This document shows positions 1 to 10,502 of a stretch of 47,201 bases of DNA, piece by piece (positions within the stretch are counted from its first letter, which is position 1; each line of letters opens with the position of its first letter). Source of the stretch: Octopus bimaculoides (taxonomy: Eukaryota); contig NC_069005.1 in assembly GCF_001194135.2 (NCBI RefSeq), positions 20,257,802-20,305,002 of the forward strand, in the 5' to 3' direction. The notes beneath the pieces are model-generated. The model saw only the letters and a program-made list of their open reading frames with translations, made no database searches and was not told where the DNA came from. The position numbers and the translations under genes are program-made.

Positions 1-33
<33 letters not shown>

Positions 34-610
34 TTTATATATGCATATATGTATACATATATATTTATATATGTATATATATATAATAATAATAAAAAGT
101 GACAACAAAAGAATGAGACCTCGATATTAGGTAAATAGAGGATTATTTATATATGTATTGTAAGGACAATCAGTAAGTTGTCATGATAGTACTTAGAGTT
201 TCAAATGCCAGAGCTAAGAGCTACGATGCCTTCTCATTGGTTATTAATGGCAATAGACACTATGAAAAACCATTGAATAAAAGGGAAGTTACTCTAAAAG
301 GTAGAAAAAATATAAAAGATAAAAAATACACGCAACCATATTCTCACAATACACAGAAAATCTCCTGCATTCATAACGTCTATATACGTACACAATCACA
401 CAAACATGTATATGTACATGCGCAAACACACACAAACATATGTGCATGTACTTACTCATACATATGCACATCTCCACACACACACACACGCGCACATGTA
501 TATATATATATGTATATGTATGTACATGTGCACACAATTTCATCTTCATATATACATAAGTGTATGCTTGCATATATATATATTTAGACATTTATATATA
601 CAAATATACG

Positions 611-643
<33 letters not shown>

Positions 644-900
644 GTATATACATATATGTACATATGTATACACATATATATATATATATAATTATATATA
701 TATATACATATACATCCTCCTATCACACACAACTGCAAATATACAGGCATATGTATATCCATATAAATGAAGGGGACGTGTGCATTAAAGTTTCACTTAT
801 TCACCGGACACAGTCTTACACTCATATACATACATACACACATACACATACACATTTAATATATACATACATATACATATACTCACACATGTACACATTC
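1..900. repeat. (TA)n/(CA)n-rich degenerate microsatellite region
   Basis: Direct reading; similar tracts at 2545-2720, 13580-13640 (GA/CA), 45880-46120 and 47140-47201. Confidence 0.85.
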
Positions 901-984
901 ACAAAATTAAAAAGGAAAAAATGAAAAAAATATATACAAAGCAATAAAAAATGTTAAGACATATGGAAAGCTGTCTTGGGGATA

Positions 985-1392
985 ACTGTAACAGGTATTT
1001 AGTCATATGTGGACATGATCCAAAAAGTTCAGTTCTTGAATTTAGACACGTAGCAGGGTCTAAGGTACTTTCCAAGTTGAGCCATCTTTCCATATCATAA
1101 AGACTGCATTTGCCACTACTGTTGGTATAAGGCTTACACTCAGCCAAGATCTTCCACTATAGCTGATACCTTGTTCTTTTAAGAAGCATATATGACTGGA
1201 TAATTTAGTAGTTCTTCGATTATCCCAGTGTCTGAAGCTTAAGGTGTGATTGTCGAACCTTGCTTTAAAGTTTTCCTCCGTGAGACCCACATATCTCTTT
1301 GTAGAATTTACGGTAGCTTCATAAATAATGGCCTCAGTTATACAGGCTCCATTTAGCAGGCACAAGTCTTTATCTCTGCAGGAACAGCTGGC
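985..1392 (-). mobile_element. Penelope-like retroelement, degraded GIY-YIG endonuclease C-terminus
   Basis: Frameshifted ORFs 1060..1365 and 899..1147: IIYEATV..YVGLTEENFKARFDNHTLSF..TKLSSHI..KPYTNSSGKCSL..LNSRTELFGSCPHMTKYLL. Confidence 0.75.
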
Positions 1393-1532
1393 TTTGTGTT
1401 GTTATTTTGTGTTGTGTGCAATTATGTTTTTAAAATCTAGAGTCTAGATTCAAATAAGCATGACTGGAAGAACGAACATATAAATCCCCTAAAACGATAA
1501 CTAAGAACAAACCCGTGTACTTTAAAATATTA

Positions 1533-1614
1533 CCTACTGAGGAGTACAAGTTTGACTATTATGATGTTCTGTTTATGAATATCTGGGTCCATTTGTATGA
1601 AACAATTGTATAGG
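1533..1614 (+). ncRNA. Type I hammerhead ribozyme (Penelope-type)
   Basis: Stem I CCTA/TAGG; CTGAGGA core; stem II GTACAAG/TTTGTAT; GAAA; C-AATT-G; GTA cleavage triplet with the cut after 1610. Confidence 0.75.
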
Positions 1615-2053
1615 AATCTAAAAAATAAAAATTATAATCAATTTTAACATCTAATCTCCTGTATTTCATAAATATGAATGATTTTGTTGAACTTTGTTTT
1701 ATAAGTTAAGTCATATACTGATTGTCTATATATATATATATATATATATATTTGCACTTTGTTACACATGCACACTGACATTGTGCATCCAACATTTACA
1801 TAGTGAAAGTATTAATAGTGAAACCATTAAAACTGAAAATATTATCTCACATTACAATAGAGATGTTGTTTCACTTTTGACATATAATACTGAAATAGTG
1901 TAAGAGATAAGAGATTGCTCCGGGCTCACTTTAGGTAAGAAGTTGAAGATTTTTTGGGCCCATGACACTGTATGGACCGTAAGTAAGGCATGTGTAAAAT
2001 TTGAATAAAATCAGTTGGGTAGTTCTTGAGTTTTAGGTATTCACACAACCTGG

Positions 2054-2330
2054 GGGTTGGTGACTAGAAGGGCATCCAACTACAGAAAACTGCCTTAATT
2101 CCAGCTGACCCATGAAAGTATGGAAAAGTGGATGTTAAAGTGATGATAGTGAAGCTGATAGATAATTATGACAGCAACGATGATGAGGATGATGATGACA
2201 ATGACAACAGCAATGTTGATGATCATGGTGTTGTTGGTAGTGGTGATGGTGACAATAATGATGATGATTGCTGCTGCTGATGATGGTGATGAGTATGATG
2301 ACTACTGCAGCTGATGATGATTATGATATG
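2054..2330 (+). mobile_element. RTE-type 3' tail running into a degenerate (GAT)n microsatellite
   Basis: gaagggcatccaact..atggaaaagtggatgttaaagtgatga resembles the reverse complement of the tails at 6444 and 36640. Confidence 0.55.
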
Positions 2331-2755
2331 TGCTGCTGCAGTGCATCTACTCCATGTATGCTTTCCACCAGCCCTCTTTTGATCCCCCTCCCCACATATA
2401 CTTTAGGGAGCATGGTTATAGAATTCCTAAGATGGAGCTGTTGGAAGGTTTGGATTGAATACCTTGTGGTATTAGTTCTTGTTTTCTTTCCTCTGAGTTC
2501 AAATCCCACTGAGATCAACTCCTGGATGTTGTCTTTGATGGCTATGTGTGTGTGTGCAAATGTATATGTGTGTTTGTAAGTGCACATGTATGTATGTGTA
2601 TGTGTTTGTATATGTGTATAAGTGTGTGTATGTGCAAGTGTGTTTTTGTGTGTAGGTGTATATGCATGTTTGCAAGTGTGTTTATGTGTGTAGGTGCATA
2701 TGTGTGCATGCCTGTGTGTGTACCAGCAGCACTGTCCCACTCATACTCTTTTACT

Positions 2756-3030
2756 TGTACCAGGTTGGCAACAACCCTAGCCAAACATGTATGGCAGTTA
2801 AAAGAAGTGGGCTCTGCCCCATTTAAAATATACTGGTTCATATTGGAGAAGGCCAATCCATACAGGCATGGATCATACTGGAATTCACTGAGATGTCCAT
2901 TATGTTTGAGCAAAAAGTATTTCATTCTTTTCCAGGATAAATACACATTAAACTGCATGACAGAACTCCTAAGTTGTTCCAGATGTTCTTCTAGGTACCT
3001 TATAAGCTGCCAAACGATTCCATATAGATA
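2756..3030 (+). mobile_element. Penelope-like retroelement, GIY-YIG C-terminal fragment
   Basis: TTLAKHVWQLK..WFILEKANPY..CPLCLSKKYFIL..TLNCMTELLSCSR..RYLI; same motif series as 985-1392. Confidence 0.7.
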
Positions 3031-3481
3031 GTCCATCTTGGCTTTTACTATATACATAAAACCATTTGTTGTTGACAATTTATTGTACACTCCCCTTTTT
3101 TCACACTATCTACTTTTATTATACTTATTATGTTCTGTTTCCTCTATGATTGCTTTTAAACAATCCTTTTGCATTTTATACAGGCATTTCATCCATGATT
3201 TTTCCAATTGCTTTATATATAGAAATATATTTTTAAACTTACGTCCTGAAAAAATTTTCAAAAATGTTTAATATTATTAGGTATTTCTGAAGGTTTTATT
3301 CATTTTATTTCATTTTACCTTATTTAATTCTATTTTATCTTTTTTTTTTTACCCTATAGCTAAGACTTTAAGTTCTTTTAAACTACATTTGTAGTTAGTA
3401 TATCAAACCTGAAAACTGTTCAACTCTCACCCATCTCCTTCTCTGAGCAATCTCATTTATATTATTTATATTCAGACTAAA

Positions 3482-3680
3482 GTGGTGAGCTGGCAGAATT
3501 GTTAGCACACTGGACAAAATGCTTAGTGGGTTTTTGTCTGTCTCAATGTTCTGAGTTCAAATTCTGCCTTCCATCTTCTCAGGGTTGATAAAGTAAGTAC
3601 TAGTTGAATACTGGGGTCAATTTAATTTACTTACTCCCACCCTGAAATTGCTGGCCTTGTGCCAAAATTTGAAATCAGTA
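3482..3680 (+). mobile_element. tRNA-derived SINE (family A)
   Basis: gtgagctggcagaattgttagcac..gagttcaaattc head; similar copies at 32360 (-), 36133 and 39773. Confidence 0.7.
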
Positions 3681-4139
3681 TTTATATTCATACTTTATTT
3701 ATTACTTCCATTCATTTCTCTCTATATAACTTGCTTTCTCACATAGCAAATGTTTTTGTTTGCATATAGTCTTATATGCTGCACCATACATATGAGTGTA
3801 TATGCTTATTTTGTGAGCATGTGTGTATATAGTTTTTGTATACATCTATATGTGAATACAAGTCCATATGTGTATAGGCAAGTGGCTATCCCGCTGGGTA
3901 AAGTAATGACCATAAGTCATTTGAACAAAAGCAGTTACAGACAACAGCGATAACTCTTAGTCTACACCCTAAGATAAAAAGAGACAAACTTACAATAGAA
4001 TAAAAAGACAAATTTTAGTTTTGATCTATATTTATACACTTCATTTTGTTTTTTGTTTCCATTAGCAAATTTTGGTTTAGTCATTTTGTAATTTGCATTT
4101 TTATTTTTACTGCCATTATACATACATACATACATACAT

Positions 4140-4684
4140 ATGATGAAAGTAAACAAAGTTTGTTTTAGAAGCATTGAGATGTATTGAAAGATACAGAAAT
4201 AATTTTTTTTTATTCTCAAATGCATGATGATGCTAATAAATAGTGTGATCAGGATAAATTATCCATACATTGCAGAAAAATACATTACCAGTCAGTCATG
4301 AGACTCAAACTCACATCCCTGTGATTACACATCAAGTGCTTTACCATTAAGCTAAACTGCCCAGTAACGAATTCTTCTGCAATTTTAGAACTTATAAATT
4401 TAGCTTCATAAGATGCTAATGTTAACTTCAACTTATGATGAAAGTAAACAAACAAAGTTTGTTTTAGAAGCATTGAGATGTATTGTAAGATACAGAAATA
4501 ATTTTTTTTTTTTTTACTGTTAAAGCACTTGACGCGTAATCACAGGGATGTGAGTTCAAGTCACCTGGCTGGCCGGTAACGTATTTTTCTGCAATGTATG
4601 GATAATTTATTCTGATCACGCTATTTATTAGCATTATCACGCATTTGAGAATACAAAAAAAATTATTTCTGTATCTTTCAATAC
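4140..4684. repeat. Inverted pair (4181-4346 / 4518-4684) plus direct repeat (4140-4209 / 4435-4508) of the tRNA-like element
   Basis: Hand alignment: about 165-bp arms, roughly 90% identical in reverse complement. Confidence 0.85.
4290..4361 (-). pseudogene. tRNA-Thr(TGT)-like pseudogene or SINE head
   Basis: 72-nt cloverleaf: A-box TAGCTTAATGGT, D-stem GCTT/AAGC, loop TG-TGT-AA, T-stem GTGAG/CTCAT, TTTTT about 10 nt downstream. Defects: G at position 33, bulged anticodon stem, T-loop TTTGAGT. Confidence 0.55.
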
Positions 4685-5578
4685 ACACATACATATACAC
4701 ATATGAGGAGCGCTGAAAACTTCCTGGCTTTAAGGGTATCATGAAAGGCCCAGGCTTTTGAGTTCTTTTACAGGGCTTAGGAAAACTGAAGGACTGTTGT
4801 AGTAAGTGTGTGAATCTAAGAGGGGAATAAGTTGAATAAAATCCTAATTAAGTGATCCTCCTGTATTTTCTTTTACCCAAAGCCAGGAACTTTCCAGCAC
4901 TCCCTTGTATGTGTGTATGTATATATATATAAATATATATTGTATTGTTATAACTTGTGTTGCTTTGAATCTATAAGCTACTCTGTAAAGAGAGAAAGCT
5001 AATTATGCAAAGGCCTATAAAGAGATGGGAAATTGTATGTGATCCAGCTGTGCTTTCAAAGCAACCTACCTGATGAAATACAAGCCCACAGTTGCTGCTG
5101 GATCATGTTTATTCATGTAATTATTTATAAGATAATTTATGCAATGGTATGAGAGTGAAAACTCAGCAGCTAACAGTTGTCACCACTGCACAGAAACATT
5201 TGTTTTATTTTGTAATTAATGTGTGTTTGTTCAATCTCCTTGTATAAAGTTTTATATAAATTCTACACACTAAAAGAGTTCCACATGTACATCCAGCTTG
5301 AGGGATAACACTGCAGTATGGTGGCATATGGTAGCCAATAACCGTATAGAAGCTTTATGTTATCCAGATAATATTGAATAAATATATAGATGCGTGTATA
5401 TAGGCATTGCGAGACTAATAACTTGGAGTAGAACTCAATATATGTATACTTCAGAATGAAGTATTAGATGAGTATAGAGCAGTAATATGGAAATGTGATG
5501 ACAAAGGGAAAAAAATGTTCTGAACTTCATTAGCTTACAGCTGTTTCTGCTATACTATGAAGTGGACAAATATATATA

Positions 5579-5738
5579 TATATTTATATAAGGGCATTAC
5601 TACAGAATAATGCCACACACTAGACTTCCTAAATAAACACATATTTTTACCGAATGCGAGGAAAACCTTTTTTAAAAAATGAACTCAGGAAGTCTAGTGT
5701 GTGGCATTATTCTGTAGTAATGCCCTTATATAAATATA
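5579..5738. repeat. Perfect 52-bp inverted repeat with 56-nt spacer
   Basis: 5579-5630 is the exact reverse complement of 5687-5738. Confidence 0.9.
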
Positions 5739-5976
5739 AATATAAATGAATAATTATATTCTTGGGAATAAAAAAATTATGATTTTTTCCCTTAGGAATT
5801 TTTTACACACTAGCTTCCTGATAAAATTCTTGTAAAAGATTTTTATCCCATTATTGAATTTATTAATTAAATATATTATATATATATATATATATATATC
5901 AACAATAATAATAAGGATTATTATGAAGTTGAATAGAATTAACTTTAATTCCTTTAATATATATACAGCTTTACAT

Positions 5977-6062
5977 AGACCAACACATGTTTCAACTGCA
6001 CCGATTAGTAACCATTGCAATTGCAACCCTACTATAATACCGGTGCAGTTTCTTCAGGGTCT
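5977..6062 (-). ncRNA. Type I hammerhead ribozyme (Penelope-type)
   Basis: Minus strand: AGACC CTGAAGA AACTGCACCG..CGGTGCAGTT GAAA C-ATGT-G TT GGTCT; 5-bp stem I, perfect 10-bp stem II, GTT triplet. Confidence 0.82.
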
Positions 6063-6443
6063 TTACTTTGATATCCTTCGATGTTTAGAGTTTTTCATTT
6101 ATCTATTCTGCGTTGTATGATGTAAAGTTGTCTGTTAAGTTAGATACGAACAATCTCCATTGTAAGACATACATATCACATATCACATATATGTATACTG
6201 TGTGTGTGTGCGTGCATGTGTGTGTGTATGTGTGTATGAGTGATGTACATAATATTGCACAAAATAACTGTTTTTTCACCTGAAAATATTAACTGTTATT
6301 TCCTCTGGATTTCTCCTGAGCAGCATAAAAAGGCCACATGGCATTTATTTAAATTGATCTTGAAATTTCAAAAAAATGCTATAATGAGTTTGCTGGACAG
6401 CAATGTTTGTGGTCACAATTCTCCTCAACATTGTGTGTGTTGT

Positions 6444-7975
6444 CATCATCATCATCGTTTAACGTCCGCTTTCCATGCTAGCATGGGTTGGACGATTTGA
6501 CTGAATACTGGTGAAACCGGATGGCAACACCAGGCTCCAATCTAAATTTGGCAGAGTTTCTACAGCTGGATGCCCTTCCTAACGCCAACCACTCAGAGAG
6601 TGTAGTAGGTGCTTTTACGTGTCACCTGCACGAAGGCCAGTCAGGCGATACTGGCAACGGCCACGCTCGAAATGGTGTCTTTTATGTGCCACNNNNNNNN
6701 NNNNNNNNNNNNNNNNNNNNNNNNNNNNNNNNNNNNNNNNNNNNNNNNNNNNNNNNNNNNNNNNNNNNNNNNNNNNNNNNNNNNNNNNNNNNNNNNNNNN
6801 NNNNNNNNNNNNNNNNNNNNNNNNNNNNNNNNNNNNNNNNNNNNNNNNNNNNNNNNNNNNNNNNNNNNNNNNNNNNNNNNNNNNNNNNNNNNNNNNNNNN
6901 NNNNNNNNNNNNNNNNNNNNNNNNNNNNNNNNNNNNNNNNNNNNNNNNNNNNNNNNNNNNNNNNNNNNNNNNNNNNNNNNNNNNNNNNNNNNNNNNNNNN
7001 NNNNNNNNNNNNNNNNNNNNNNNNNNNNNNNNNNNNNNNNNNNNNNNNNNNNNNNNNNNNNNNNNNNNNNNNNNNNNNNNNNNNNNNNNNNNNNNNNNNN
7101 NNNNNNNNNNNNNNNNNNNNNNNNNNNNNNNNNNNNNNNNNNNNNNNNNNNNNNNNNNNNNNNNNNNNNNNNNNNNNNNNNNNNNNNNNNNNNNNNNNNN
7201 NNNNNNNNNNNNNNNNNNNNNNNNNNNNNNNNNNNNNNNNNNNNNNNNNNNNNNNNNNNNNNNNNNNNNNNNNNNNNNNNNNNNNNNNNNNNNNNNNNNN
7301 NNNNNNNNNNNNNNNNNNNNNNNNNNNNNNNNNNNNNNNNNNNNNNNNNNNNNNNNNNNNNNNNNNNNNNNNNNNNNNNNNNNNNNNNNNNNNNNNNNNN
7401 NNNNNNNNNNNNNNNNNNNNNNNNNNNNNNNNNNNNNNNNNNNNNNNNNNNNNNNNNNNNNNNNNNNNNNNNNNNNNNNNNNNNNNNNNNNNNNNNNNNN
7501 NNNNNNNNNNNNNNNNNNNNNNNNNNNNNNNNNNNNNNNNNNNNNNNNNNNNNNNNNNNNNNNNNNNNNNNNNNNNCTAGTTTTTCACCCTGGAATGAGA
7601 TAGAAGTTGTTTCCTGTTTGTTTACAGTTTTTATTGCACCTGAACATCTGCCACAAACAAAAACTAACTTCCTAGTTAACCTGCCTTTGATGTTGCTGCA
7701 CCTCTTATGTGTCCATAGCTTGCACCGGGTACATCTTATAGAGTTACTACCTACTCCTTTTCTACATACTGAGCAGGGCCATCTACCTGAAGGGGTTTGT
7801 GTTTTATCTACCTTCCTACTTATTAGGATTTTGGTTTTAGCTAGGTTGACTCTAAGGCCCTTCAATTCTAGACCTTGCTTCCACACCTGAAACTTATCCT
7901 CTAGTTCTGATAGTGACTCTGCAATTAGGGCAAGGTCATCAGCATAGAGGAGCTCCTAGGGGCAACCGGATTTGA
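6444..7975 (-). mobile_element. 5'-truncated RTE-clade LINE spanning gap 6693-7576
   Basis: ELLYADDLALIAES..WKQGLELKGLRVNLAKTKIL..WPCSVCRKGVGSNSIRCTRCKLWTHKRCS at 7577-7975; (GAT)n-ended 3' tail at 6444-6692. Confidence 0.85.
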
Positions 7976-8229
7976 CATTTTCAAGATAAATATTTTCTAT
8001 TAAGATAGCTTTCAAATAGTGTAGATCTAGAAGAAATTGTATCAATATCAATATCTGTTTGAAAATGAACTATTTCAACATACATTTCCAGGTATATAGT
8101 GAGTTTTCTGGGCATTCTAAAAATATTTGAAAACCTGTTTTGGTTTAACTTTTGTGAGAATGGCCCAAAATATCATTTGGTGAAAGGAGGCGCTGAGCTA
8201 CAAAATGTGAGACAATCTGGCTTTAATAT

Positions 8230-8460
8230 AACGTGTTTAGGATGAAGGTGTTGTGTNNNNNNNNNNGTGTTGTGTGAGGTGTTTAGGTTGGAGATGCAAT
8301 ATAGGTGTTGTTCAAGGTGTTTAATTTGGAGGAGCAGTGTAGTTATAGTGTGAAGTGTTTAGGTTGGAAAGAACAGTATATAAGTTTAGAGTGAAATTTA
8401 TATTAGAGGTACAGTATAAGTCGAGTGAGAAACATTTAGGTTGGGGGTACAATGTAATCT
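8230..8460. repeat. Degenerate minisatellite of about 38 bp
   Basis: About 5-6 units resembling gtgaagtgtttaggttggaggtacagtatag. Confidence 0.6.
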
Positions 8461-10502
8461 ACACACACACAAACACACGTGTGTGTGTGTGTAGCTGTAT
8501 AGAGATATTTTGCTGATATATTTACTTCAAACTTTGGTTTGGTGTCGTTTGGTCTTCTTCTCTAATTATAGGCAGGAATGCAACATTTGGTAATTTCTTT
8601 TAAGTCAGTAATTCTTTCAAGTTGAATGTAATGATTTTTAAGTAAATGGTTCAGAAGGCATGCAATTCTTGTAGTCAAGGGGCCACCATGTGTAAGGATC
8701 ATATATAAGGGATCTTTTCTGTTTGGCTGCCACTTTTCAGTTTTATCAATTTTTGTTCCAATTAATTCCATATTTGGTGTATTGGTGTAGTTTTGTATGG
8801 TAATCATTGATATGAAATTCAGTTTCACAATAAATCAATAAATGAAAAATTAATAACTTTTAAAGGTTACAAATTTTGGGTGATTTTAGCCAATTGAAAG
8901 TCACAGATGTACAGGTGCCTGTTTCCAGAGTAACAAGTCAAGCTGTTACCAAGCCACTTACCCCTCTGTTGCTTTCCTGTCAAGCCATGTGGTCATTTTT
9001 CTCTTATTTCATCTTAAAACACGAGGTGGTCGTGAAATGTGCTAAAATAACAGCTAAATAGGCCTTAAATCATGCACCAAAAGCTTTATTTTTTTGGTTT
9101 TTGCATAATCGTATCGATTCCCATGTATAGAATACTAATCTTTTTCATTCACAAAATGAGCCCCTTTTTGCTCAGATTGCTTTCAATTTTGGTGTATCAA
9201 TGCAACTCTGAATTTTGATTATGATCAACCAATTATTTTATCTTATAAATTAAAGAATCTGATGTTATTTGGAATTAAAGTTGGGAAATTTGGGTAATTT
9301 TAGCCAGTCAACAGACAGTGTGGCATTAGCAGCTTGTTACCATGACAACCACTGTTGTTTGTGCTGCACGTTATTCTATGTTGATTTTTCACACTTAATT
9401 CTTCACACCACAAGATTCTTTTCACCTGCATGTTTTGTTTTAATTTTTCTGTATGTTAGTATATTACATATTTTTTATGCTTTTGGGACAAATTCTTTGT
9501 TGACCAGTGTTAATTTTATTGTAGTTTACAAATCCAAGCATGAAAACATTACTCAACTTTGGAGTTTTGGAGACAGATGCCCCCTTCACACCCACATGAA
9601 TGCATAAATGTACATATAAACTTATATATGAATACTTACATCCACATGCACTTATATATTAATGATGTACACAAATACATGACAGGTATACATAATACTG
9701 AAATACGCATAAAGTAAACACATGCAGACAAATATATTAATGTAACAAATTTTTAAAAAATAATAAAAACATACAATTAATGAAGAAACAAAAGAAACAG
9801 TAAGATGATACATGTTGATTTTATTAGGTATTTCTGTTTATTTAAAAACCTACAATGAACAGGTCATGTCACAGACACTAAACTATAAATTTCACAGAGT
9901 ACAACCTTAAAGTTGATGCCACTCTGCTAAATGCAGAAAATTTTTGTCTCGCTGTTGGTTATAAATACACAGTTTTTCCAATTTTTAAACCTCTGTAACT
10001 TTTTTCACCACAACATCATACTTTCATAGCAATGAGACTGGAAGACTACATTATTTTAGCTGATTTTCAGATTTTTTACTTCCTTTTAAAGAATGCATAT
10101 TTTGCAAATGAAAAACAAACTAGATCCTAGAATACAAACAAATTTGCAAAAAATTTACTGAAAATTCCAAAAAATAAAAAAATTTAGAGGTGTGTAAAGC
10201 ATCATGTGTAAAGCAGAATTCTACCAGTATTTCATTTGTTTACAGTTTCATATTAAAACACGAGCTATTTTCACAATATTGACAACTCATGCAGTCATAC
10301 ACAAAATGACAGCTTCCAAATCCTGTTTTCTGACTGGGTAAAAATTATCAAGCTTCAAACCTCTGTAACTTTTTTTAAACATTTTTCTGGAAAAAATTAA
10401 TTGGCCCCTGAAATTCAGCATGAAAATTACATCAATACACCAAATTTTAAAATTTTCACTAAACTTTAAAATTTCCACAGGTGTAGCCAAATAGAAAAGA
10501 TC

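Larger units (their letters stand above)
4975..6120. mobile_element. Cluster of probable Penelope pseudo-LTR remnants
   Basis: Contains one full hammerhead, two half-hammerhead motifs and a 52-bp foldback; no coding evidence; family assignment is inferred. Confidence 0.4.

Noticed and set aside
183-924. ORFs of 100-172 aa rich in H/T/Y/I/C/V (also 2321-3090 in part, 13526-13793, 15718-16092)
   Set aside because: Translations of (CA)/(TA)/(TG) microsatellites with no domain signal.
2277-2325. CTGATGA motifs as possible hammerhead cores or C-boxes
   Set aside because: They lie inside a (GAT)n microsatellite with no stems or GAAA.
4290-4361. Functional tRNA-Thr gene
   Set aside because: Lacks U33, has a bulged anticodon stem, an acceptor mismatch and a decayed T-loop; kept only as a pseudogene or SINE head.
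6521-7890. Long ORFs spanning N-runs (also 11365-12016, 14654-15034, 25373-26787, 35217-35985)
   Set aside because: Their length is an artefact of X codons; only the RTE segment and the exon 16 RGG segment are real.
8230-8460. CRISPR-like or telomeric array
   Set aside because: Degenerate tandem units without unique spacers, in a eukaryotic context; TTTAGG is not in a tandem telomeric array.
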